Shown here: positions 12,835-22,885 of the stretch, piece after piece | How the letters are laid out: each line of letters begins with the position of its first letter | How positions within the stretch are numbered: position 1 is the first letter of the stretch | Made by a program: the position numbers and the translations under genes | Assembly (NCBI RefSeq): GCF_035084215.1 | Contig: NC_090345.1 | Location: forward strand, 2,294,001-2,358,000 | Direction of reading: 5' to 3' | DNA from: Heptranchias perlo | Lineage: Eukaryota | Length of the DNA stretch: 64,000 bases | Notes under the pieces: model-generated | Databases searched by the model: none | What the model saw: the letters and a program-made list of their open reading frames with translations, nothing else | Told to the model about the DNA's origin: nothing

Positions 12835-13614
12835 GGGGCAGGTACAGCACGGGTTAGATACAGAGTAAAGCTCCCTCTACACTGTCCCATCAAACACTCC
12901 CAGGGCAGGTACAGCACGGGTTAGATACAGAGTAAAGCTCCCTCTACACTGTCCCATCAAACACTCCCAGGGCAGGTACAGCACGGGTTAGATACAGAGT
13001 AAAGCTCCCTCTACACTGTCCCATCAAACACTCCCAGGACAGGTACAGGGTTAGATACAGAGTAAAGCTCCCTCTACACTGTCCCATCAAACACTCCCAG
13101 GGCAGGTACAGCACGGGTTAGATACAGAGTAAAGCTCCCTCTACACTGTCCCATCAAACACTCCCAGGGCAGGTACAGCACGGGTTAGATACAGAGTAAA
13201 GCTCCCTCTACACTGTCCCATCAAACACTCCCAGGGCAGGTACATCATGGGTTAGATACAGAGTAAAGCTCCCTCTACACTGTCCCATCAAACACTCCCA
13301 GGGCAGGTACAGCACGGGTTAGATACAGAGTAAAGCTCCCTCTACACTGTCCCATCAAACACTCCCAAGGCAGGTACAGCACGGGTTAGATACAGAGTAA
13401 AGCTCCCTCTACACTGTCCCATCAAACACTCCCAGGGCAGGTACAGGGTTAGATACAGAGTAAAGCTCCCTCTACACTGTCCCATCAAACACTCCCAGGG
13501 CAGGTACAGGGTTAGATACAGAGTAAAGCTCCCTCTACACTGTCCCATCAAACACTCCCAAGGCAGGTACAGCATGGGTTAGATACAGAGTAAAGCTCCC
13601 TCTACACTGTCCCA
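12835..13614. repeat. 67-bp (62-bp variant) tandem repeat of a dispersed family
   Basis: Unit gggcaggtacagcacgggttagatacagagtaaagctccctctacactgtcccatcaaacactccca, ~12 copies. Confidence 0.95.
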
Positions 13615-14479
13615 TGTGCCCCAGGGGAATACCCCGACTGAACCAGTGAGAGGCATCTGGTGATCCATTGGTGAATTTTCCAACTTGGTGCCAATTTGTA
13701 GAATCAGCGACAGCTCACCTACAAGGAATTGGTTGAGATTGTCCCAAACACATCTCACTCAGTAAAGTGGCTCCCTTCACAACTGTTCGAGCCGGTTTCA
13801 AACCTGGTCTTGAGGAGTGAAAGGAGTGTGTGCTAATCCACCACACTGCGAGGGGGTCCCTGTAAAACCTGCTGATCCTGGCGGCTTGGTATCCCTGAAA
13901 AATTACTGAATGTTTCTATGCTTAACCCACAGCAGCGTTGTCTGAGTTTTACCTCTGCGGGTACCCTGCTCCCACTGCGCTCGCCTGCCATCCTTTAATG
14001 GTGGCATTCTTTACCCATGCTCCTTAGTGCAAGTGAAACCACTCCAAGATGACAGTTTCACTCGCCTGACAAGCGGAGGCACCAGGTCCGAGAAACCTGG
14101 TCAAAGTGGCTGCCTTGCAGAGCCCGTCTGTTCCTCCTCTCACCCCAAACCCACTGGCAGATAAACCTCCACATGCAGCGTTTAACCACACCTGCTCTGC
14201 ACACCCCTGACTCCTGCAGGCAAGAGAGCAGCATATTATTAACTGCTGGCATTTTGAGCAGAACAGTTGTAAAGGGGATAGTCTCAAAAATTACCTGCTG
14301 AGTTCAAATCAATTCAATGGCGTCAGGAGTACATTTAAGGGATGAGCTAAAAATTTGTACCCAGGGCCCACGAGAGGGTCTCTCAAACCACTAGCACCCG
14401 AACAGAGCAGGAGACAGAGATCAGGCACAATCTCGGAGACTGGCACTTACGGAAACAGACACTTCAAATCCTTTTCCAA

Positions 14480-14840
14480 TTCATAGAAAGTTACGGCACA
14501 GAAGGAGGCCATTCAGCCCATCGTGTCCGTGCCGGCCGAAATAGAGCCACCCAGCCTAATCCCACTCTCCAGCACTTGGTCCGTAGCCCTGTGGGTTACA
14601 GCACTTCAGGTGCACATCCAGGTACTTTTTTAATGAGTTGAGGGTTTCTGCCTCTACCACCCTTCCAGGCAGTGAGTTCCAGACCCCCACCACCCTCTGG
14701 GGGAAAACATTCTCCTCATCTCCCCTCTAATCCTTCTACCAATCACTTTAAATCTCTGCCCCCTGGTCACTGACCCTCCGCTAAGGGGAACAGCTCCTCT
14801 CTACCTCAGCCCCTCAATTAATCCTCCCTCAGCCTCCTCT
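14480..14840 (-). mobile_element. CR1 LINE 3' fragment
   Basis: Characteristic CR1 3' end (gaaggaggccattcagccc...gagttccagacccccaccaccctctgg). Confidence 0.8.
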
Positions 14841-14891
14841 GTTCTCCCGCTGCTGATTTCCAGTTGAATCCTCTCCAGTTTCGATACTTAC

Positions 14892-14990
14892 TCCGAATAA
14901 GTTGTCCTTTATCACACTGCCCCTGGCCTGGCCCGGAGTCGCCTTTCTCTGCAGCCCTCCCCGAGGGAAGGCCTCGTCCACCGCGGCCAT
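14892..14990 (-). CDS. PDCD11: PDCD11 first coding exon (MAAVDEAFPRGGLQRKATPGQARGSVIKDNLFG); exon starts at 15000
   Basis: FPRGG and DNLF are the conserved Rrp5 N-terminus; acg ATG G context; GTAAGT donor. Confidence 0.93.
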
Positions 14991-15224
14991 CGTCACAAAC
15001 CTGGGGAGCAACAAACAACATCCAGATAATCCGCACATGATTGACGCACCCAGGGGGGGGGGGGGGGAGGGGGGGGCCCGGGGGGAGAGGGGGGCGGGCT
15101 GGGGTTTTAAAAGCCTGGAGATCCCGAGGGGCTGAATGGCCGCCTCCTCCTCACTCTATCCGGGCCCATCGCGCACTCCCAGGCCGGGGCCCGGGGCTGC
15201 CTCACTCCACCGCTAACCGCCTCC

Positions 15225-15590
15225 CCGGTCTCCGGCCCCCTCAGGCCCGGCCCCGATCCCCGGTCTCTCGCCCCCTCAGGCCCGGCCCCGATCCCCGGTC
15301 TCCCGGCCCCGATCCCCGGTCTCTCGGCCCCGATCCCCGGTCTCCCGGCCCCGATCCCCGGTCTCTCGGCCCCTCAGGCCCGGCCCCGATCCCCGGTCTC
15401 TCGGCCCCGATCCCCGGTCTCTCGGCCCCGATCCCCGGTCTCTCGGCCCCGATCCCCGGTCTCTCGGCCCCGATCCCCGGTCTCTCGGCCCCGATCCCCG
15501 GTCTCCCGGCCCCGATCCCCGGTCTCTCGGCCCCTCAGGCCCGGCCCCGATCCCCGGTCTCTCGCCCCCTCAGGCCCGGCCCCGATCCCC
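15225..15590. repeat. GC-rich ~21-bp tandem repeat (cggccccgatccccggtctct) in PDCD11 intron 1
   Basis: Direct periodicity; ends a few nt from the exon-1 donor. Confidence 0.9.
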
Positions 15591-15600
15591 CGCTCCTCAC

Positions 15601-15670
15601 CCTCCGATCACGCGGCCATCTCCATGACTCCGACCACCGGAAGGCCTCTCTGCCGATGCGCAAATACTTC
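15601..15670 (-). other. PDCD11: Probable PDCD11 non-coding exon 1 (5' end uncertain)
   Basis: AGG|GTGAGG donor at 15601/15600 inside a CpG-rich region next to ETS motifs. Confidence 0.65.
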
Positions 15671-16130
15671 CGGTGGTTTGCGCACATGCGCACTCACGCG
15701 TAAGGCCCCGCCTCCACTTTTGGACCAATCACAATCCGAACACAGCTTCAATCCGGGTCCCCAAGTCTTCTGCCGGGCTGGCCTATCGTTATTGAGCTTT
15801 GGTGTGATTGATGTCTGCACTGTCCAATCACAGCTGGGGAAGGCGGGACACGCTTTCCTTCGTCCAATCAGTGATAAGATCGGTAGTTCGAACCTATCGT
15901 TGTCGAGTAGGCGGGTCTATCCTTTGGGTCATCGAAACGCCAACCAATGGGTGATGAGAAAGGGTGATTGTCCAATGGATGTTGGGTAGAGGCGGTGTCT
16001 AATATGATTGACGTACTGATTGTCCAATCGACGACCAGATCTCAAAAACTGCGCTGGGCGTGGGATAATTGTGCTGAGTGACGTTGAATTGGACCAATGG
16101 GCGCAGCCCGTGGGCGGTACTTCCGGCGCC
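15630..16130. promoter_or_regulatory. Bidirectional CpG promoter shared by PDCD11 and ATP5MK
   Basis: Seven CCAAT boxes on +, one ATTGG, GC box (gccccgcctcc ~15705), ETS cttccgg/ccggaag at both ends, NRF1-like gcacatgcgca, TGACGT half-sites. Confidence 0.8.
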
Positions 16131-16182
16131 GGGCCTTGTGGTTATCGGGCCTCTGAAGGACGTTGTGAGCAGCGGAGTGAAG
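16120..16182 (+). other. ATP5MK: Probable ATP5MK non-coding exon 1
   Basis: Starts near cttccggcg; AAG|GTGAGA donor at 16182/16183. Confidence 0.6.
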
Positions 16183-16624
16183 GTGAGAGGCGCCGGGCGG
16201 GACTCGGGGACTGGGCCGCAGGAGCCTGCGGTGTGTGTTAGTGAGTCCCCGAGGCTTCTCTTGGGGCCCCACGGTCCCTTAATCAAGTATAAGGCCCTTG
16301 GGGTAAGGGAGAGCCCCGGGGGCCGGGCAGGGCAGGGCCTCACCTCATATACTTGGCTGATTTCCCCTCCCTCTCCCCGGGGCACTGAGGCCAATTCCAG
16401 GCCTCGGCTATGGGTTTCTCACCGAGCTGAGACCGGGTGTGGAGCCGGTCTAATTCAGCCCTTGCTGTTATTTATAAGTTTATAATGGGAAATGTCTATG
16501 TAAACTGTCACGCTGTAATTACACCCTCCAGCCTGTGGTGGCGCTGCAGCAGGAGGGTGCAGTTAGTGACTGAATTTCATGGGCAGTGCCCATTATAAAT
16601 ATCACAGGAATCTGTAATAGATTA

Positions 16625-17095
16625 ACTCCTGGGGTGAGAGGGTTGTCCTATGAGGAGAGGTTGAGTAGAATGGGCCTATACTCTCTGGAGTTTAGAAGAA
16701 TGAGAGGTGATCTCATTGAAACATATAAGGTTCTGAGAGCCTGACAGGGTAGATGCTGAGAGGTTGTTTCCCCTGGCTGGAGAGTCTAGAACTAGGGGGC
16801 ATCGTCTCAGGATAAGGGGTCGGCCATTTAGATTGAGATGATGAGGAATTTCTTCACTGAGAGGGTTGTGAATCTTTGGAATTCTCTCCCCCAGAGGGCT
16901 GTGGATGCTCAGTCGGTGAGTATATTCAAGGCTGAGATTGATAGATTTTTGGACTCTAGGGGAATCAAGGGATATGGGGATCGGGCGGGAAAGTGGAGTT
17001 GAGGTTGAAGATCAGCCATGATCTGATTGAATGGCGGAGCAGACTCGAGGGGCCGAATGGCCTACTCCTGCACTTAATTTGTATGTTGCTATGAA
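16625..17095 (+). mobile_element. CR1 LINE 3' fragment
   Basis: tatgaggagaggttgag...ctggagtttagaagaatgagaggtgatctcattgaaac...ggccgaatggcctactcctg. Confidence 0.88.
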
Positions 17096-17580
17096 AAGTT
17101 GGTGGGAAGTTTGTGCTGATTCTGTTAGTTGTACGTCTGCCCAGTGATGAGATGCCTGTTGAAGCTGCTCCTGTAGCTCAAGGCCTTGGGCTCACAGTCG
17201 GTCTCTTTGCAGTGAGGGACTGGCTGACGATGAGAGAATCCTACGTTGCTGTCCGTTGTGGCTGACTCTGAATAGGGGAATTGATGGGGATCTGGTCAGT
17301 CTGCAGTGAGGCTGTATCACTTTTCCCCTCAGAATCACCCCATCAAACACTCTGGAGATAGTTAACTTGCTAAATCAGCATACTGAAACTGCAGCCGTCT
17401 GATTCTAAGAGGGTCCTGTCAGATGTGGAAGTGAGGTGAAAGGTTTTCGAGCCCTGTCTGATAGCAGTGCTCCAAACCTGTTCTTTGATGGGCTGCACGC
17501 TCAGTCTGTGGTACGCTCAGTCCTGTTTCAGGGCTTGTTGTAACTTGTTCTGTTTCCCTTTGCAGTTTGTGTTAGTGAGC

Positions 17581-17667
17581 ATGGTGAATCACGATCCTGC
17601 CGGCCAGCACCAGTTCACTGGCTTCCAGAAGTACTTCAATGCATATACCATCACAGGCAGGAGGAAT
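17581..17667 (+). CDS. ATP5MK: ATP synthase membrane subunit K (DAPIT/USMG5), coding exon 1: MVNHDPAGQHQFTGFQKYFNAYTITGRRN
   Basis: QFTG..KYFN.YT.TGR.N signature; tgcag acceptor ending 17565; GTAAGT donor. Confidence 0.95.
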
Positions 17668-17710
17668 GTAAGTACAACTAACGGGGACACCTCCGAGAGC
17701 AGAGGGAGTA

Positions 17711-17928
17711 CATGCATTTATATAAATGTAAGGAGTCGTCCAACAGCTTTATTTGAAATCACAAGCTTTTGGAGCTTTGCTCCTTCGTCAGGTGAACGAC
17801 GAAGGAGCAAAGCTCCGAAAGCTTGTGATTTCAAATAAAGCTGTTGGACTGTAACCTGGTGTTGTACGACTCCTTACATTTGTCCACCCCAGTCCATCAC
17901 CGGCATCTCCACATCATGCATTTATATA
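17711..17928. mobile_element. Penelope-like inverted pLTR foldback flanked by a 14-bp direct repeat
   Basis: 52-bp arms 17738-17789 and 17798-17849; catgcatttatata at 17711 and 17915; gacgaagg...ccgaaagcttgtg...aataaa motif. Confidence 0.75.
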
Positions 17929-18087
17929 GTGCTTTATCACATCCATGGGAGATCCCAAAATGAATTACTATTGAAATGTAAACAATTTTACAACACCAAG
18001 TTATAGTCCAGCAATTTTATTTTAAATTCACAAGCTTTCAGAGACTTCCTCCTCATTGTTGGGCTACATGCAGCCCCCAACTCACTC

Positions 18088-18715
18088 ATAGGAACAGGAG
18101 TAGGCCATTCAGCCCCTCGTGCCTGCTCCGCCATTTGATAAGATCATGGCTGATCTGTGATCTAACTCCATATACCTGCCTTTGGCCCATATCCCTTAAT
18201 ACCTTTGGTTGCCAAAAAGCCATCTACCTCAGATTTAAATTTAGCAATTGAGCTAGTATCAATTGCCGTTTGCGGAAGAGAGTTCCAAACTTCTACCACC
18301 CTTTGTGTGCAGAAATGTTTTCTAATCTCGCTCCTGAAAGGTCTGGCTCTAATTTTTAGACTGTGCCCCCTACTCCTAAAATCCCCAACCAGCGGAAATA
18401 GTTTCTCTCTATCCACCCTATCCGTTCCCCTTAATATCATAAACTTTGATCAGTTCACCCCTTAACCTTCTAAACTCCAGAGAATACAACCCCAATTTGT
18501 GTAATCTCTCCTCGTAACTTAACCCTTGAAGTCCGGGTATCATTCTAGTAAACCTACGCTGCACTCCCTCCAAGGCCAATATGTCCTTTGGAAGGTGCGG
18601 TGCCCAGAACTGCTCACAGTACTCCAGGTGCGGTCTAACCAGGGTTTTGTATAGCTGAAGCATAACTTCTGCCCCCTTGTACTCCAGTCCTCTAGATATA
18701 AAGGCCAGCATTCCT
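18088..18715 (-). mobile_element. CR1 LINE 3' fragment
   Basis: ORFs LVRPHLEYCEQFWAPHL...LRGELIKVY and REKLFPL...RGHSLKIR...FCTQRVVEVWNSLP. Confidence 0.92.
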
Positions 18716-19079
18716 TGCGTTTATAGTTCTTATTGCCTGAATTGAATTTCCTGGGCCTTGGGGTTTGGAAAGGGCAGTTCTGAGCTCTGTTGCCTCATTG
18801 GTGGATCATTCATACATCAGGACACCCAGCCCCGTCAGTATCAGCAGCCTGAGATATCTGGGAATTACTGGGAACAGGGGATCTAAAGGCGAGTGGCTCC
18901 TGAGCCTCCGTGTAAGGGTGGGAGAGTGGAGTCGGACTTAGATCATCAGCCATGATCTCAATGAATGGCAGCGCAGGCTCGAGGGGCCGGATGACCGACG
19001 ACTCCTGATCTTTATGTTCTTATGAAAGGATTGACTATCCCTGGAATACGGTGCTTAGTTATTTCTTCAATGAAAGACA

Positions 19080-19270
19080 GAAAGACTTGCATTTATATAG
19101 CCCTTTCACGACTTCAGGACGTCCCAAAGCGCTTTACAGCCAATGAAGTACCTTTGAAGTGTAGTCACTGTTGTAACGTAGGAAACGTGACAACCAATTT
19201 CCGCACAGCAAGATCCCACAATCAGCAATGTGATAATGACCAGATAATCTGTTTTTGAAGGTGTTGGATG
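19080..19270 (-). mobile_element. Deu-SINE 3' tail fragment
   Basis: cttgcatttatatagc...cccaaagcgctttacagccaatgaagtac matches the other copies. Confidence 0.75.
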
Positions 19271-19445
19271 AGGGAGGAATGTTGCCACCCCCGTCCCCAC
19301 AGCTCTTCGAATAGTGGCAGTGGGGAAGAGGAGCTGCTCCAGGCCTCACTTTCTCAGTCTGAGTGATGTGAGCTCTCTCTGTTCGGGAGAGTGGCCGGGT
19401 TCCGTTTCCCCCTGATTGACGTGTACTCTCTCTCTCCGTTCACAG

Positions 19446-19544
19446 TATGTGCTGGCTACATATGCAGGGATCGCATCCATTATCTTGTTCTTCAAACTGA
19501 AACCCAAAAAGAAGACACCGCCAGCAATCACAGAACAGAAATGA
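19446..19544 (+). CDS. ATP5MK: ATP5MK coding exon 2: YVLATYAGIASIILFFKLKPKKKTPPAITEQK* (protein 61 aa)
   Basis: cacag acceptor, single TM helix with VLATY motif, TGA at 19542-19544, donor GTGAGG at 19551. Confidence 0.95.
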   Translation, partial: YVLATYAGIASIILFFKLKPKKKTPPAITEQK

Positions 19545-19584
19545 TGTGTGGTGAGGATTCCGCCTTCTTACTCAGTGCTATCGC

Positions 19585-19908
19585 TGCTCTGGGAGTGTTT
19601 GATATGATAGCGTAGAGGGAGCTTTACTCTGTATCTAACCCGTGCTGTACCTGCCCTGGGAGTGTTTGATGGGACAGTGTAGAGGGAGCTTTACTCTGTA
19701 TCTAACCCGTGCTGTACCTGCCCTGGGAGTGTTTGATGGGACAGTGTAGAGGGAGCTTTACTCTGTATCTAACCCGTGCTGTACCTGCTCTGGGAGTGTT
19801 TGATGGGACAGTGTAGAGGGAGCTTTACTCTGTATCTAACCCGTGCTGTACCTGCTCTGGGAGTGTTTGATGGGACAGTGTAGAGGGAGCTTTACTCTGT
19901 ATCTAACC
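19585..19908. repeat. 67-bp repeat family array (opposite orientation to 12835-13614)
   Basis: gggagtgtttgatgggacagtgtagagggagctttactctgtatctaacccgtgctgtacctgc, ~5 copies. Confidence 0.93.
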
Positions 19909-20088
19909 CCTCAGTACGAATATTAGTGTGTTCTATTCCTATCAAAGATGTCCTTCACCTCTGTGGTTACAAAAGAATTGTTGCCCGTTTAGTCTGAGAA
20001 TGTTGTGGTTTGTTTTTGAACTCTGAAATGGTCAGTCCTTGTGTAAATATGAAGTCTGACTGCATCTTTCTTTGATTTTTCATTTCAG

Positions 20089-20245
20089 GTTCTCCTCGGA
20101 GGGGCAAATGGGAATTTAAGGACCAGCATGTGGAGTTGTTTGTGGAACCTGTGGGAATGTTTGTAACCTCAACATTCGTGTCACTATAGTGGTGTAATAT
20201 AAGTTATCGGCTGTCACAAATAAAACTAGTGGGAATCCGTATCAG
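20089..20245 (+). other. ATP5MK: ATP5MK terminal 3'-UTR exon with AATAAA (20219-20224)
   Basis: Strong polypyrimidine tract ending tttcag|G; AATAAA downstream. Confidence 0.7.
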
Positions 20246-20969
20246 CAGCGTTTATTTTCGAGTGTAAATCGTCTCGTGTTGGTGCAGCTGTATAGGAGCA
20301 ATGGAATGTCTTAATAACTCCCAGCTCCCACCCTCGGGTATGGAATGTTGCTGGAGTGCAGTTACACACACACACACACACACACGGAGCAGGAACCCTG
20401 GCCAGTGGGAAAGCCTTCCTTGTTCTGGGAAATAATTGTTGCCCCATCAGAGCTCTATCCCCAATCCACAATTTCCAGTGTTTTTCAGATCAAATTCACC
20501 AATTGTTTTTCCTATGAAAACTGAAACTCAACACCCTGTTGTAAAATGTGCAAAAAGCTGTTACGATGGGCGTGCAACGTAATGTGAACTTAAAACAGCT
20601 GAACCTACGATTCCACCAGTTATGTTCGAGAACACACGAAAATTGTTAATTGGGGAGAGATCTTATGTCGCAACAATTATTTCCTGGAGCAGAGTGGGGG
20701 TTTAACCCCCCCCCCCCCTTGGAAATTTTGACCCCCTTTTCTTGGTGGGATTCCCAGTGTTTGGGGAGTCTCCTGCAAATCTGCTCTGCAGCCAAAAAGG
20801 GTGAGATGGGTTCCCTGGATGAGTTTGGCAGCAACATCATGTCAGAAATGTCTAGAGCAGACACTCATTCCAGTGTGTCACTGAAAGATAGGATGGGTGA
20901 CACAAATCAGCCTTACCCCACTTCTCATTTCAGATCAGTTCGGTAACTCATCCACCCTCGACATGTGGT

Positions 20970-21400
20970 ACAGCACAGGAGGTGGCAATTCGGCCCATCG
21001 TTCCTGTGCTGGCACTTAGAAAGAGCTATCCAATTGGTCCCACTCTTTTCTCCCACAGCCCTGTAAATATTTCTCCAATTCCTTTTTGAAAGTTATTGAA
21101 TCTGCTTCTACCCCCTTTCAGGCAGTGCGTTCCAGATCATTACAAATTGCTGTGTAAAAAAAATGTCTCCTCATGTCGCCTCTGGTTCTTTTGACAATCA
21201 CAAATCTGTGTCCTTTGGTTACCGACCCTTCTGCCACTGGAAACAGTTCCTCCTCATTTACTCTTCTCAAAACCCTTCATCATTTTTAATACCTCTATTA
21301 AATCTCCCCTTAACCTTCTCTGCTCTGAGGAGAACAATCCCAGCTTCTCCAGATAACTGAAGTCTCTCATCCCTGGAACCATTCTAGTAAATCTCCTCTG
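20970..21400 (-). mobile_element. CR1 LINE 3' fragment
   Basis: RRFTRMVPGMRDFSYLEKLGLFSSEQRRLRGDLIEV. Confidence 0.85.
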
Positions 21401-22160
21401 GTATTGGGCTGAAAGCAGGATGAAAACGAAGTCAGCTTGCTCCATGGCTGAACACGTTCTGCCATCTGGTATAAAGCTGCACACCACCTTATACATTCCT
21501 GATGTGAGGGCTTCCAAAGCATTCTATTAGTGAGCCATGACAGCCTAGAGAAACGCTTACTTCAGTGACACTGCCTGCCCACAAGTGAACAAATCATAGG
21601 GTGACTTACTGAGCAGTGCCAGACACGCACACACTGCTGGTTTGGCATGGATGAAGTTGGTGTAGTTACAACTCTGCCCTTGAACCTCTATCACCTGGTG
21701 GGTTTCAAGCACTGGGCTGGTTACAGGTCTCTGTGCCTCGTCCTTGCTCATTGGATGCGAGGTACTCGAGTTAAATGAGCGTTGCTGCTACTGCCTGAGG
21801 GAGCACACAAAGTTAACCCCTGAAATGGCAGATTACTAGATTTCTTCCTCCCCCCTCCCTGGAGCGAGCAGTAACTGGGACTGAGGCCAGTAAAACCAAT
21901 CATTGGGTACTGCCCTATTTCTGGAACAAAGGTGAAATCTCTTAAAACCCTGGGTTTGAGAGCTGTGTTTTTTAGATGAGGAAACATTACCCAGCTCGAT
22001 AAGGTGCCAGTTTCCCCTCTCTACCTGCTCTGGGAATGTTTGATGAGCAGTGTGAAGGGAGTCACTGCAAAATATTGCGCTGATAATTTACGTTTTGCGA
22101 AGGGAAAATTTTCTTCCTGTTCCCGCAAAAAATCCATAGGTCAACATAACTAATCAGTGT

Positions 22161-22166
22161 TTTATT
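22161..22166 (-). terminator. Candidate TAF5 polyadenylation signal AATAAA
   Basis: tttatt on +, preceded in the mRNA by U-rich sequence; first AATAAA I found downstream of the stop. Confidence 0.55.
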
Positions 22167-22885
22167 GTAAACTTCAAAAAGTAAAAAAATATACAAACAG
22201 AAACAAGAACGAACACATTCATCCACATTACGATGCAAAATATCCCAGTACGACAATGTGTCGCGTGTATGGCTGTAGGTGAGGCACCTCACGGAAGGGG
22301 AGGGGGCTAAATACAGGAATGTCACGGATACCGTGAAGATATCTACATCCTCCGTCGATTCTGGTAGTGGGGTGGGGACCGGGGAATGAGGATGGGAACA
22401 GACGGGAGAGACTTGGGTTCTTCATCCTGGAAAAGGTGACAACCCTGAGGGGTATCCTGGTGAACAGGCCAATCAATGAGCTGATTATCACACCCGAACC
22501 CTAGTGGTCCTGCTCACCAGCCTTGTGGGTGACGGTTGTTCACAGTGGCCCTTGACCTCCGGCTGCCCAATACAAGTCTGGGCAAAAGGTGAGTGACCGG
22601 AGCTCGCTGCGCCTCAGCGGGTGTGAGAATCAGAAGCCATGGACTGGATTGGAGATCCGGTGGATTGGAATCGGAAGGGGCTTAAACGGGATGTCCTGCT
22701 CTCAGGATGGAGATGCAATTGTCAAATCCAGACACGTATCAATAACGTGTGGAATCATCTGCTGCCAACCCAGCTCGGTCTCCCATTGGGGGGGGGGGGG
22801 GGGAGAATCGTTTCCCCAACAGACCCCAACGCCAGGGCAAACGACACAGTGAGAGCAACAAGGCTCGTGGCCTGAACCGGCATTC

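Noticed and set aside
16183-17565. miR-1307, which lies in mammalian USMG5
   Set aside because: No recognisable match or hairpin in the ATP5MK 5' region.
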